Shown here in pieces: positions 36,731-46,776 of a stretch of DNA of 64,000 nt; position 1 is the stretch's first letter; every line of letters begins with the position of its first letter. A model generated the notes under the pieces. That model was given only the letters and a program-made list of their open reading frames with translations. It was not told where the DNA came from and searched no databases. The stretch is taken from positions 224,001-288,000 of the forward strand of contig OZ220691.1 in NCBI GenBank assembly GCA_965116475.1, in the 5' to 3' direction. Source of the DNA: Gemmatimonadota bacterium (GTDB lineage Bacteria; Gemmatimonadota; Gemmatimonadetes; Palauibacterales; Palauibacteraceae). The position numbers and the translations under genes are program-made.

Positions 36731-38905
36731 TCAGCGGGCGAACAGGTCCTCGACGGACAGCCCCATCCGCAGCTTCCGTTCTATCGCCCCCTGCCAACCC
36801 GCGGGACGGGCATCGAACAGGTTGTCGACGCCGGCGACCAGCCTGAGGCCTCGCCCGAGATCGACGGAGGTCTGCAGGTCGATGGCCACGAACCGCTCCT
36901 GCGTGCCGATCGTCGCGTCGCTCCCATCGGGACCCGTCCCAATGATCGGCGCGGCGCCCGTGAGATGCGCCGTGGCATCCAGGCTCAATCCGGAGTGCGC
37001 CTCGGCGGTCCACGCCGCCCGGACGCGCGCGGAGTGTGCGGCGCGCCGGTCCAGCGGGAGTCCCGAGTCGACCGCGTATGCGTCGAGGTACGCGTAGCCT
37101 GCGGCGAACTCCGCCCCACCCAGGACGGCGCGGAGGCTGAACTCGAACCCGCGCGTGACCGCTTCCGCGACGTTCCGGGGGGAGAGGATGAGGAGACCGC
37201 TCTCGGCATTCCCGACGAACCCCGGCTCGATGAGGTTCCGAATCCGGTTGGAAAAGCCCTCGACCCCGACCCGAACCGTCGCTGCCGGCTGCCAGTCCAC
37301 CCCGCCGGAGATGTTCCACGAGCGCTCCGGATCCAGTTCCGGGAACCCCTGGAGGACATAACCGCCCCCCACGTTGACGAAGTTCCATGCCAGCTCCTTG
37401 AAGGACGGCGCCCGGAAACCGCGGGCCACCGCGGCCCGCAGATGCACGTGCGCTCCGGCGCGCCGGGTCACGCCCACGGTCGGCGAGAGGTTCGAGCCCC
37501 AGCGGTCGTTCCAGGTGAGGCGGGCGCCGCCGCTCAACACGGTGCCTCCGAGACGCCAGGCGTCCTGCGCGAAGAGCGCGAGTTGCCGGTCGGCCGCACG
37601 CTCCTCGACGAGCTTGTCGGGCGACCGAATCGCGCGGCTCGCGACCTCGAGACCGACGTCGACCGAATGCCCGCCCAGGGCGGCCGAATACCCCGCGGCG
37701 CCCTTCGCGAGACGCTCCCACTGCGTGGCTTCGCCGTCATCGGCGATGGGAGCATCTCCACGGGCGCTTCGGTACAGGTGCTCGTATTCCTGAAGAAAGA
37801 GACTTCCGCTCCACGTCCCGGGACCCAGCGGCCGTCGCGCCTCGACCCACCCGGAGAATCCCGCGTTGTCGTTGAACCCCGAGAACGCGCCGCCCACCGG
37901 CCAGCGCTGCCGCTCGCGAAGGTAGGTGGCGGTGGCGCGAAGGTCCCACGCGTCCGACGCCTTGAACTGAAGGCGGGACCGGAAGTCCCAGACGCGGGCG
38001 AAGGCGCTCGGCCCCCGGTCGGCGAGCCCCGGGATCCGGTCTTCCTGGCGCCAGCCGCCCGTGATTCGATATCGGAGGCGGCCCCCGCCGCTTGCCGTCG
38101 CCTCTGCCTCGCGGCGTCCGGCACCGCCCGACAAGGCGCGCGCCCCGACCCGAAACCCCGCAGCCGGAAGCTGCGTGATGACGTTCACGACGCCGCCGAG
38201 CGCATCGGAGCCGTACAGGGACGAGAGGGGGCCCTTCACGATCTCCACCCGCTCCACGCCCGCCAGCGACATGCGGCTCAGGTCGCGGTTCTCCAGCAGC
38301 GCACCCGCGGTCGGTTGACCGTCGAGGAGGACGAGGACGCGGGCGCCGCCGACGCCCCGGATCATGAGGTTCGAGCCGACCGGAGCAGCGGCCGTCACCT
38401 GGACGCCGGGAAGCTCCGCCAGCAGCCGGTCCGCGGCCGCGACGCCGGCCGCGTCGATCTCCTCGGCTTCCACCGTCGCCATCGGCACCGCGATCTGCGA
38501 GCGGAGCCGCGGGAGCGGGCTTGCCGTGACGACGATTTCGTCGAGCGCCAGCGGGTCGCGCTCGAGCCCGATTCGCCATCCCGCCTCGATCGCATCCCGT
38601 CCGGCGAGGGTGCGGGAACGGTACCCAAGCGCCGAGACGATGACGGCGCCTCCGGAGTCCCAGCTCGCGTCGGGAACGAAGGAACCGCCAGCGTCCGTGC
38701 GCACCGCGGCTCCACGGGCGACCGAATCCGGCGAGACGCCGGCGAGGGGGTCCGGCATCCACGCCACCTCGGCGTCGGAGATCGCCGCCCCCGATTCGAG
38801 ATCGTAGACGCGCCCCTCCGACTGAGCCCAGGCCGCGTGCGGCCGGAGGATGCCGACGGCGCCGATGGCGACGCAAAGCGCCAGCCGGGCGACGCGCACC
38901 CTCAT
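36731..38905 (-). CDS. TonB-dependent receptor (iron/heme-type candidate)
   Basis: LDEIVVTAS, plug motif ERVEIVKGPLSSLYGSDALGGVVNVIT, GFRAPS, GVDNLFD; start overlaps upstream stop. Confidence 0.9.
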   Translation of the reverse strand: MRVRVARLALCVAIGAVGILRPHAAWAQSEGRVYDLESGAAISDAEVAWMPDPLAGVSPDSVARGAAVRTDAGGSFVPDASWDSGGAVIVSALGYRSRTLAGRDAIEAGWRIGLERDPLALDEIVVTASPLPRLRSQIAVPMATVEAEEIDAAGVAAADRLLAELPGVQVTAAAPVGSNLMIRGVGGARVLVLLDGQPTAGALLENRDLSRMSLAGVERVEIVKGPLSSLYGSDALGGVVNVITQLPAAGFRVGARALSGGAGRREAEATASGGGRLRYRITGGWRQEDRIPGLADRGPSAFARVWDFRSRLQFKASDAWDLRATATYLRERQRWPVGGAFSGFNDNAGFSGWVEARRPLGPGTWSGSLFLQEYEHLYRSARGDAPIADDGEATQWERLAKGAAGYSAALGGHSVDVGLEVASRAIRSPDKLVEERAADRQLALFAQDAWRLGGTVLSGGARLTWNDRWGSNLSPTVGVTRRAGAHVHLRAAVARGFRAPSFKELAWNFVNVGGGYVLQGFPELDPERSWNISGGVDWQPAATVRVGVEGFSNRIRNLIEPGFVGNAESGLLILSPRNVAEAVTRGFEFSLRAVLGGAEFAAGYAYLDAYAVDSGLPLDRRAAHSARVRAAWTAEAHSGLSLDATAHLTGAAPIIGTGPDGSDATIGTQERFVAIDLQTSVDLGRGLRLVAGVDNLFDARPAGWQGAIERKLRMGLSVEDLFAR

Positions 38906-39981
38906 CGGAGCCGCTGGAACCTCAAGGAGGGGAAGCCCGAATCCCCGGTCGCATTGTAGTAGTCGAAGAGCTGCACCTTGTAGACCTCCTCGGCCACCCG
39001 GACGAGGAAGACATTGTACGTCGGCCACATTCGATTGCTCTGCCGGATGCTGTACCAGAACGTGCCCTGCGCATCGGATGTCGTGGCCGGAAACGCGCCG
39101 GCGATCGTCGAGAGGAAGCCGGCATAATCCGGCGCGTCGTCGGCCCGGGCCAGCGCGGTGAAGTCGTCCGTCGCGTCGAGCGGGAAGGTTCCCGCCCCGC
39201 AGGCTTCGTTCACCAGTATCGTGAACTCGGGCGACGTCGCGACGTCCCAGTCGCAACCGGCGGGGTCGCGCACGATCCCGTTCGACAGGCCCACGTACAC
39301 GGGACCGCGAGTGAGATCGAGCGCGAGAGTCTCCGGCGCGCCGAGGCTGCCGCCCGGATCGTGGCGGCGGAACTGGATGGTCGCCCCCACCGGCCTCTCT
39401 CCCTGCATCGCGATGTCCACCATGCGAATCACGCCGTACCCGCGTCCCGAACCCTCGCGCAACTTCCAGGCCGCGGCGGGATTCGCGACGATCGAGCCCC
39501 GTTGGGGATCGAAGCGGAACCACGACGGGCCCGTCTCGGGCGACAGGACATCTTCGACGAATCCCGCCGCCGGGATGTCAGCGGCCGTGACCGCCTCGAA
39601 CGCCGCTTCCCCATCCTGCGGGGTCAGCGCCGCGACCTGATCGGCCGTCAGGCCCGCGTTGTTCCCCAGGCTGACCGCCGACACGGAGCCGGGGCCCGCA
39701 ACGCCCCCGTTCAACCGGACGGAAAACCTGCGGAACGCCATGTCCCACGACGTGGAACCACCGGGGTCCGCGGGGCTCTGGACCGCCCCGCCACCGGTCA
39801 GGCTCACATAGGCGAAGGAGACGGGCGAGGAAGCGTCGATCGAGATCACGCCTTCTTCGAACGTTTCCTCCTCGGGGGGCGCGGCGACTTCCGACTCGCA
39901 TCCCGCAGCGGCCGCGAGCATGAAAGGAATCGTCAGCGCGCGGAGCGGAATCCGCGGCGCGACGGGCAGGCATCGATACAT
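38902..39981 (-). CDS. HmuY-like lipoprotein, probably two HmuY-type repeats
   Basis: Lipobox AAGC; WDMAFRRFSVRLNGG..GPG, second WDVA, C-terminal VFLVR..YKVQLFDYY...SGFPSLRF. Confidence 0.78.
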   Translation of the reverse strand: MYRCLPVAPRIPLRALTIPFMLAAAAGCESEVAAPPEEETFEEGVISIDASSPVSFAYVSLTGGGAVQSPADPGGSTSWDMAFRRFSVRLNGGVAGPGSVSAVSLGNNAGLTADQVAALTPQDGEAAFEAVTAADIPAAGFVEDVLSPETGPSWFRFDPQRGSIVANPAAAWKLREGSGRGYGVIRMVDIAMQGERPVGATIQFRRHDPGGSLGAPETLALDLTRGPVYVGLSNGIVRDPAGCDWDVATSPEFTILVNEACGAGTFPLDATDDFTALARADDAPDYAGFLSTIAGAFPATTSDAQGTFWYSIRQSNRMWPTYNVFLVRVAEEVYKVQLFDYYNATGDSGFPSLRFQRLR

Positions 39982-40021
39982 GTAAACATCTCCGTGTCGA
40001 GATCCAGCGCCGTTCGGGGGT

Positions 40022-41026
40022 TCATGGCCGCTCGCGGACGGGTGACGGCGCGCGCCTTCCCGCGGCAGTCGTACAGGGTCCGAGCGGTGAGACGAAACCG
40101 TTGGCGCAGAAGCGCGCCCTGGCCTTCGCCGCAATCCAGTCGGTGATGAGGGGATGGGGCAGGAAGCCTTCGGTGGCGGTGTATTCGAGACCCTCCAGCA
40201 CGTCGGCGTAGGGCCCGAAGCCTGACACGCGGTACGGGATCACGAGGACGTGCCGGTGACGCTCACCCATTCCGACCACCAGCGTCCTGATCCGCGCCTC
40301 TGCCTCCTCCCTCTCGCTGGCCCAGTCTTCTCTCAGCGTGCCGACGTGGACCTCCGCGTAGCCGTCGTCCCGCAGCGCACCGGCTGCGTCCTCCATGGAG
40401 CGGAGCACCCGCCGGTCCTCTCCTTCATCTCCCATGCCATGGGCGAGCAGCAGTACGCCGCTCTCGGCGGCAGTTACACCGGCGGTCGCGGCCCGGTCGG
40501 CCAGAATACGAGCGGCCTGGCCGGATCCTCCCAGTCCCTCGGTCTCCAGCAGGATCCGGCTGCCGTTCGCGAGCGGCTCGAGTTCCGTCCCGCTCACCAT
40601 TCGGTGTCCCACCATCGCGCGCTTGGGCGGGTCCGGACGGAGCCCGAGCAGGAACTCCGTCGGGTGCAGGAACGACGCCCCGGACACGAACAGCCTCACG
40701 ACGGCCACCGTGTTCACATCCTCGTCCGCCAGGGCGTCGAGGGCGGTCTGCATCGTCTCCGGGTTGGCCATGCCCAGCGCCAGGGACACGGGGATCTTCT
40801 CGCGGAGCGGCCGCACGGCGTCCTCGACCCGTCCGTTCCACTCCTCCCCACCCCCGTGCGCCATGACGAGCATCCCGGGCCGCGGCTCCGGGGCAGGCGC
40901 AACTCCCGCGCGTTCCGGACCGGAACCCCGTTCGACGTCCGGCTGCGGTCCCCCTGCGGACGCGCAGCCGCTCAGCACCCAGAACAATCCAAGGGCGGCG
41001 ACAGGCGCCCCCGACCCATTCGACAT
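40022..41026 (-). CDS. CbiX/SirB-like (class II chelatase) lipoprotein
   Basis: Two AHG motifs (LVMAHGG, LLLAHGMG), VVRLFVS, LPHPLITDWI; lipobox LSGC. Confidence 0.75.
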   Translation of the reverse strand: MSNGSGAPVAALGLFWVLSGCASAGGPQPDVERGSGPERAGVAPAPEPRPGMLVMAHGGGEEWNGRVEDAVRPLREKIPVSLALGMANPETMQTALDALADEDVNTVAVVRLFVSGASFLHPTEFLLGLRPDPPKRAMVGHRMVSGTELEPLANGSRILLETEGLGGSGQAARILADRAATAGVTAAESGVLLLAHGMGDEGEDRRVLRSMEDAAGALRDDGYAEVHVGTLREDWASEREEAEARIRTLVVGMGERHRHVLVIPYRVSGFGPYADVLEGLEYTATEGFLPHPLITDWIAAKARARFCANGFVSPLGPCTTAAGRRAPSPVRERP

Positions 41027-41048
41027 CGACTCGACCCCGGCATGAAGT

Positions 41049-41068
41049 GATAATGAGAATCATTCTCA
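41049..41068. promoter_or_regulatory. Fur box upstream of the chelatase-HmuY-TBDR operon
   Basis: GATAATGAGAATCATTCTC, 17/19 identical to GATAATGATAATCATTATC; perfect 7-1-7 TGAGAAT-C-ATTCTCA; AT-rich island 22 nt before the start. Confidence 0.88.
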
Positions 41069-41115
41069 ACTATAATAGTCAGATGAAGATGCGCGTCACT
41101 TGAGGGGAGTGCAAG

Positions 41116-42048
41116 CTATGATGCCGGGCGCTGGCCGGGGCCGCCCGTCCGGGCCGCGCCGGTCCATTCGAGGCTCCGGTCCCAGAGTTCGCGGGCGAGA
41201 TCCTCGTCGTAGGCCTGGGCCGTCGCGGCGACCTCGGAGTCCACTTTGAAATACCGCCCGGTGACCTCGTCGCGGGCGGGGTCCCCCACGAGCCGCATCA
41301 CGGCCCGGCCGCCGACTTCGGGCTTCGCCATCAGGCCCTTGGCCGCGTTCAGAAGCAGGCCCAGCGCGCTCCGGTTCTTCCGCCAGATCTGTGTACGGAG
41401 GACGCCGGGGTGGACGGCGTTCGCGGTGATCCCGCGGGCGCTCCAGCGGCGCACCGATTCGAAGGTGAAGAGGGCGTTGGCCAGCTTCGTATCGCCGTAG
41501 GCCTGGAAGCCGCCCTTCCAGGCGTCGCCGCGGACGATGGCCTCGAGGGGAGCGCGGCGCAGGTCCCCGTTTCGGTGTGCTTCGGAGCTCACGTTGACGA
41601 TCCGGCCGCGCCCGGCCGCGAGCGGCGCGAGGAGCCGATGGGTGAGGAGGAAATGGCCGAGGTGGTTCGTCGCGAACGTGATCTCGAAGCCATCGGACGT
41701 GATCTCGCGCCGATGGAGCCAGACGCCGGCGTTGTTCACGAGGATGTCGATCGCGGGAGCGTGGGCGGCAAGGCGGTCGGCCAGAGCACGAACATCGTCC
41801 TGCAACGAGAGGTCGGCGAGTTCGAGGCGGACATCCGTGTCCGCCGCCGCGTCCGCCGCGGCCCGCGCTTGCCGCACGTCGGCAAGCGCCGACTCCCCCC
41901 GCTCGCGGCTGCGGCACACCAGGGTCACGTCAGCGCCGGCCCGGGCGAGGAGTTCGGCGGCGGACTTCCCGACGCCCGAGTTCGCGCCGGTGACGACGGC
42001 GATCTGCCCTTTCAGGCCGAGGTCCGTTCCATCCGGGGTCTCCGTCAT
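41116..42048 (-). CDS. SDR family oxidoreductase (retinol dehydrogenase-like)
   Basis: VTGANSGVG, LVNNAG, TNHLGHFLL, YGDTK, VHPG. Confidence 0.92.
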   Translation of the reverse strand: MTETPDGTDLGLKGQIAVVTGANSGVGKSAAELLARAGADVTLVCRSRERGESALADVRQARAAADAAADTDVRLELADLSLQDDVRALADRLAAHAPAIDILVNNAGVWLHRREITSDGFEITFATNHLGHFLLTHRLLAPLAAGRGRIVNVSSEAHRNGDLRRAPLEAIVRGDAWKGGFQAYGDTKLANALFTFESVRRWSARGITANAVHPGVLRTQIWRKNRSALGLLLNAAKGLMAKPEVGGRAVMRLVGDPARDEVTGRYFKVDSEVAATAQAYDEDLARELWDRSLEWTGAARTGGPGQRPAS

Positions 42049-44069
42049 CGGGCCGGGAGGGCGAACGCCTGCAGCTTCGAATCGACCTGTCCGTTGGCGG
42101 AGGTGGCGACGACGACGAACTGGCGCCCGGACCGGGTGCGGTACGTCATCGGGTTGCCGCGCCCCAGCCCTTCACCCAGGTCCCCTCGCCACAGCGTGCT
42201 TCCATCGCGGACGTCCATGGCCTCGATCCACGGCGTGCCACCCGCCAGGAAGACGATCCCGCCCGCCGTCGCCAGCGGCCCCGACGTCGTGCCGTGGCTC
42301 TGCGGCGTGCCTCCCATGGGCGGGAGGTCCAGGCCCGCAAGCGCCGGGTGCTCGCGGATCGCGGAGTCGTCCCCGAACGGCCGCTGCCACAGGTGGTCCC
42401 CCGTATTCAGGTCGATCGCCGTGATCGTGCCGTAGGGCGGCTTGAGGATCGGAAGCCCGCCGGCCACCGAGAGGGTGCTCGCGAAGTTCGGGAGGTAATC
42501 CGCGTCCCCCGCCCCCGGCTCCGCCTCGGCGACGCGCGCGAGGAAGGGGTCGTCATACGCCTTCACGAACATGTGGCCGCTCTCGGGGTCGATGGCCGCG
42601 CCGCCCCACCCCGCCCCGCCGATGAGGCCCGGCATCATGATCGTCCCCTCGACGGAGGGCGGCGTGAAGATCGGACCGGTCCGGTGGCGGCGGAACACTT
42701 CCAGCGCCTCCGCGCGCAGCGCCGGCGTGAAATCGATGAGGTCGTCCTCGGTGATCCCCTGGCGGGAGAACGGCGCGGGCCGCGTCGGGAACGGCTGGGT
42801 CGGCCACGGCACCTCTCCCGGAACCGTGCTCTCCGGCACCGGCCGTTCCTCGACCGGCCATACCGGCTCGCCGGTTTCGCGGTCCAGCACGTACGTGAAC
42901 GCCGTCTTCCCCACCGCCACGACCGCGTCGATCTCGCGCCCTCCGACCTCGATCGTCACGAGGCCGGGCGGCGCCGGCAGGTCGTAGTCCCACAGGCCGT
43001 GGTGAACGGTCTGGAAGTGCCACACGCGCTCGCCCGTCCGCGCGTCCAGGCACACGAGCGACTCCGCGAACAGGTTCTGCCCCCGCCGGTGTCCGCCGTA
43101 GAAGTCGTTGTTCGGGGTGGAGACGGGCAGGTAGAGGAGCCCCCGCTCCGGGTCCAGCGAGAAGGGAGCCCACACGTTCGCCGACCCCGTGTAGGACCAG
43201 GACTCGTCCTCCCACGTCTCGACCCCGTACTCCCCCTCCTTCGGGATGGTGTGGAAGGTCCAGCGCAGTGCGCCGGTGCGCGCATCGAAGGCCTGGACAT
43301 CGCCGGGCGGGTTGTGGCGGTAGATCCGGTTGTCCGGGACGCCGCTGCCCACGATGACGATGTCCTCGTAGACGACAGCGGGAGAGGTGTTGGAGATGTG
43401 AAGCCGGTTCGCGTCCCAGGCGAGGCCCTCCGTCAGGTCGACCTCGCCTCCGTCCCCGAAACCGGGGATCGGCTCGCCGGTGGCGGCGTCGAGCGCGATC
43501 AGCCGCCAGCGGGAATTGAGGAAGATCCGGCGCTCGCTTCCGTCGCTCCACTCCGCGATCCCGCGGTGGCAGAAGCGGCAGCCGCGGTGGAGGTTCCCCC
43601 ACTCCCACGCTTTGGGGTCGTAGCTCCAGAACTCCTCTCCCGTCTCCGCGTCCAGCGCGACGACCCGGCTGTAGGGGGTCGAGAGCCACATCGTGTCGTT
43701 GATGACGATCGGCGTCGCCTCGAAGGCGCCCGGCGCCACGCGTTCGCCCTGGATGGGGCTCGCCGCGTCGGGAATCGGCTCTTCCCCCGTCTCCCAGACC
43801 CACGCCACGTCGAGCTGGGCGACGTTCGAGCGGTCGATGTCCGTGAGGGAGGAATACTTGCGGCCGCCCGGGTCGCCGCCGTACACCGGCCAGTCGTCGC
43901 CCGCATACGCCGTCGGCGGCCGCGAGCTTTCGCCGGCATCCCCATCGGCTCCGTCGCCGCCGCAACCCGCGAGCGCCACGCCGAATCCAAGCACAAGCCA
44001 CCCAAGGGCCAGCTTCGCGGGGCCAGGTGCAGGGGCGACGTGGGGCATCACGAACCGTCGTCGGGGCAT
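42045..44069 (-). CDS. PQQ-dependent dehydrogenase (glucose/quinate type), lipoprotein
   Basis: DWPVYGGD..G.KYS.L..I...NV, ATPIVI, repeated ALDA.TG..W, HHGLWDYD, GRQFVVVA; lipobox LAGC. Confidence 0.9.
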   Translation of the reverse strand: MPRRRFVMPHVAPAPGPAKLALGWLVLGFGVALAGCGGDGADGDAGESSRPPTAYAGDDWPVYGGDPGGRKYSSLTDIDRSNVAQLDVAWVWETGEEPIPDAASPIQGERVAPGAFEATPIVINDTMWLSTPYSRVVALDAETGEEFWSYDPKAWEWGNLHRGCRFCHRGIAEWSDGSERRIFLNSRWRLIALDAATGEPIPGFGDGGEVDLTEGLAWDANRLHISNTSPAVVYEDIVIVGSGVPDNRIYRHNPPGDVQAFDARTGALRWTFHTIPKEGEYGVETWEDESWSYTGSANVWAPFSLDPERGLLYLPVSTPNNDFYGGHRRGQNLFAESLVCLDARTGERVWHFQTVHHGLWDYDLPAPPGLVTIEVGGREIDAVVAVGKTAFTYVLDRETGEPVWPVEERPVPESTVPGEVPWPTQPFPTRPAPFSRQGITEDDLIDFTPALRAEALEVFRRHRTGPIFTPPSVEGTIMMPGLIGGAGWGGAAIDPESGHMFVKAYDDPFLARVAEAEPGAGDADYLPNFASTLSVAGGLPILKPPYGTITAIDLNTGDHLWQRPFGDDSAIREHPALAGLDLPPMGGTPQSHGTTSGPLATAGGIVFLAGGTPWIEAMDVRDGSTLWRGDLGEGLGRGNPMTYRTRSGRQFVVVATSANGQVDSKLQAFALPAR

Positions 44070-44185
44070 GCGTCCTCCGGAATGTCGTCGGCAAACGAAT
44101 CTCAGGGGACGGGAATCTGGGGGGCGCGCTCGGATGCGGCGAGTCCGCGGCCGGTCCGCGGCCTTCGGTCAGTCCCGGGGTGAGG

Positions 44186-45019
44186 TCAGTCGCCGGCGAC
44201 GTGTCCCGGGTTGTGCCGGCGGGCGTATTCCACGCAGGCCTCCCAGTCCGCTTCGAAGAAGGCGCGGGCGCGCGCGAGCTGCTCTGCGGTGAGAAGCGGG
44301 TCGGAACTCAGGATCCGCTCCGGCGCGACTCGTCCGAGCGCCACGCCCGCGTGCCAGGCGAGACGGCGAGACCTCACGTGGAGCCACCGGAGGGCGGCGG
44401 GCGCGGGTTCTTCGCGCCGCTTCGCGGGCCAGCGCCGGCCCACCTCCCGCAGGAACCGGTACTGCCGGTCGCGATAGGAACGGTTCGACGGGCGGAACGA
44501 GATCCGGGCCTCGTCATACGACGCGCCCACGTAGTCGGCGATGGCGCGAACGAACCGCCGGGGATCTGCGACGAGCCGGTCGAAGAAGAGGACGAGGGGC
44601 CGATGCTCGAAGTGATCCTCGAGCACCCGGATGCGCTCGCGGAAGAGCGCCGAGGATTGCGGCCGGACGCCGTCGTCGCGCTCGAGATCGATGAAGGCCT
44701 CGAACGGGACGTAGCGCAGTTCCTTGATCTCCCGGAGATACACCGACCGGAGCCACTCATCGTGGCGGCGCAGGACCAGGATCGGGCGGGCCGCCGGCGC
44801 CGCGCGCGCGAACCACTCCACGGCGGGCACGAACTCGCGGTATCCGAGCTGCCGGGATACGAGGACGGGAAGATCCCCGCCCCGCCGCACCCCCTTCGCG
44901 CTCTGCCGAAACCGCGTGCGCGGCACGTAGCGCACGCCTCGAAAATGCGGAAACACCCGTTCCTGCAGCCACCTGGACGCCGCCCGGCCCGCTCCGGCGT
45001 GGAAAAAGACCTCCGGCAT
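44186..45019 (-). CDS. Sulfotransferase-like protein
   Basis: N-terminal FFHAGAGRAASRWLQ (HxGxxKTxTxxLQ-like), ILVLRRH..WLRSVY. Confidence 0.6.
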   Translation of the reverse strand: MPEVFFHAGAGRAASRWLQERVFPHFRGVRYVPRTRFRQSAKGVRRGGDLPVLVSRQLGYREFVPAVEWFARAAPAARPILVLRRHDEWLRSVYLREIKELRYVPFEAFIDLERDDGVRPQSSALFRERIRVLEDHFEHRPLVLFFDRLVADPRRFVRAIADYVGASYDEARISFRPSNRSYRDRQYRFLREVGRRWPAKRREEPAPAALRWLHVRSRRLAWHAGVALGRVAPERILSSDPLLTAEQLARARAFFEADWEACVEYARRHNPGHVAGD

Positions 45020-45027
45020 CGGCTGCG

Positions 45028-45582
45028 CTATCCGGAGTGGGGGGATTGCGAATCCCGCCGCGCCCGCGGGATCCAGCGGGGGACGTCACGACAGTAGTCG
45101 TCGAATGCCTCGCCGAACGTCCGACGGAGATCCGGCTCTTCCCTCCTGACGACGAAGAGCGTCAGCCACAGCCAGTAAGCCAGCGCGTAGACGAGCAACG
45201 CCACGGACGAGAAGAACACGGCCTCGGACAGGAGGATGAGGACCACGCCCAGGAGAAGCGGGTGACGGGTGCGCCCATACCAGCCGTCCGTCACCAGGAC
45301 GCTGGGTGCGATTCCGGGGATGGCGGATGTCTGCCTCCGCAGGAGCCGGCCGACGGCCCACAGGTAGAGGTAGAAGCCGAATCCCGCCACAGGAACGCCC
45401 AGCCAGCGAAGAAAACCGATGTCCACCGACGGCAGCGGGATCGCTCCGGTGCGCTGGAGAATGAGTGCCGGGAGCCCCACGATGAAGACGCCGTACAGCA
45501 CGACCGCGGTGAGCACCGTCTTCAACGCTGCGGAATGTGAGCGCTTCACAATTCGAGCCTCGGCGTCGGGCATTGGAGCCAT
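45028..45582 (-). CDS. Isoprenylcysteine carboxylmethyltransferase / PEMT family membrane protein
   Basis: LVTDGWYGRTRHP..LG, REEPDLRRTFGEAFDDYCRDVPRWIP. Confidence 0.85.
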   Translation of the reverse strand: MAPMPDAEARIVKRSHSAALKTVLTAVVLYGVFIVGLPALILQRTGAIPLPSVDIGFLRWLGVPVAGFGFYLYLWAVGRLLRRQTSAIPGIAPSVLVTDGWYGRTRHPLLLGVVLILLSEAVFFSSVALLVYALAYWLWLTLFVVRREEPDLRRTFGEAFDDYCRDVPRWIPRARRDSQSPHSG

Positions 45583-45685
45583 GTGACGCCGCAAGTGTTT
45601 CCGGCGTCTTCCGGACAGCATCCGGAAACCTACGTGCGCCACGCCGCCATTGGGAGCGGCGATGGACCTCGCGGGAGCAACGGGC

Positions 45686-46774
45686 ATGTATCACGGAAGA
45701 ACGCTGGCGCTGGCCGTTCTGGCTGCACTGCAACCGGTTGTCGTTCCGGTCGGTGCGGAAGGCCAGTCGATCGACGACTGCGACGGCCGGGCCTCCCTCC
45801 GGATCTCGGTGGTGGACGAGTCCGGCTTCATTGCGATCCCCGAAGCCACCGTCGTGTTGCGGTGGACGGACGCGGTTCGAAGACCCCTGCGGGAAGCCGC
45901 CGGTCCTGACGGCCGACTGCTCCTCTGCGCTCCCCGAGACGCCGGCCAGGCCACGCTCTGGGCCGAGTTCGGAGACGCATCGAGCGAGGAATCCGTCGTG
46001 GCCCTCCAAGCGGGGATGCCGCACGACGTGGAGCTTCGGCTCTTGCTCTCGGAGACGGGTTCCGGACGGCTCGTGGGGACTGTCCGCGACGCCGGTACGG
46101 ATGAGCCCGTGGCCGCGGCGGCCGTGTCGATCCTCGGCGAGTTCGGCGAGACGTCGAGCAACCGGCGGGGCCGCTTCGTCCTCAGCGGCGTCCCCGTCGG
46201 CCGCCGCGAGATCGCCGTGCGCCACCTCGGCTATGCGCCTTTCCGCCATTCGGTCGCGGTGGCCCGAGGCCGCACGACGGAAATCGAGATCGGTCTCGTC
46301 CCGGAACCGGTGGAGCTGGAGCCGCTGGTGGCGACCGTCGTTCGGTCCCGCCGGCTGGAGACCCGGGGCTTCTACGAGCGAAAATACTGGGGCGAACTGG
46401 TCGCAGGCGGCACGTTCTTCACGGCCGAGGACATCGAACGCCGCAATCCCCTGCGGATCACGCAGATGGTCGCCGATATCCCGGGGATCCGGCTCGCGAA
46501 CTGCGGCCCGCGGCAGAACAGCTGCAAGCTGTACAACTCCCGGATATCGGACATCTCCTCGAACGATGGCTGCCTGATGAACATCTACCTGGACGGCAGC
46601 CTCATCGTTCGCCGGGGCCGGATCCAACGCGGTGCCGTAGAGAACATCAACGATTTCGTCCTTCCGATCGAGATCGCGGGCGTCGAAATCTATCTCGGCC
46701 CCTCCGAGTTGCCAGCGGAGTTCGCCGGGATGGAATCCCGCTGCGGCGTCGTCGTGATCTGGACGAAATCGTGA
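45686..46774 (+). CDS. Carboxypeptidase-regulatory-like domain(s) + TonB-plug-like domain protein (no barrel)
   Basis: GTVRDAGTDEPVAAA..GRFVLSGVPVG..VRHLGY; GFYERK; IYLDG; GVEIY; CGVVVIWTK. Confidence 0.75.
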   Translation: MYHGRTLALAVLAALQPVVVPVGAEGQSIDDCDGRASLRISVVDESGFIAIPEATVVLRWTDAVRRPLREAAGPDGRLLLCAPRDAGQATLWAEFGDASSEESVVALQAGMPHDVELRLLLSETGSGRLVGTVRDAGTDEPVAAAAVSILGEFGETSSNRRGRFVLSGVPVGRREIAVRHLGYAPFRHSVAVARGRTTEIEIGLVPEPVELEPLVATVVRSRRLETRGFYERKYWGELVAGGTFFTAEDIERRNPLRITQMVADIPGIRLANCGPRQNSCKLYNSRISDISSNDGCLMNIYLDGSLIVRRGRIQRGAVENINDFVLPIEIAGVEIYLGPSELPAEFAGMESRCGVVVIWTKS

Positions 46775-46776
46775 GC

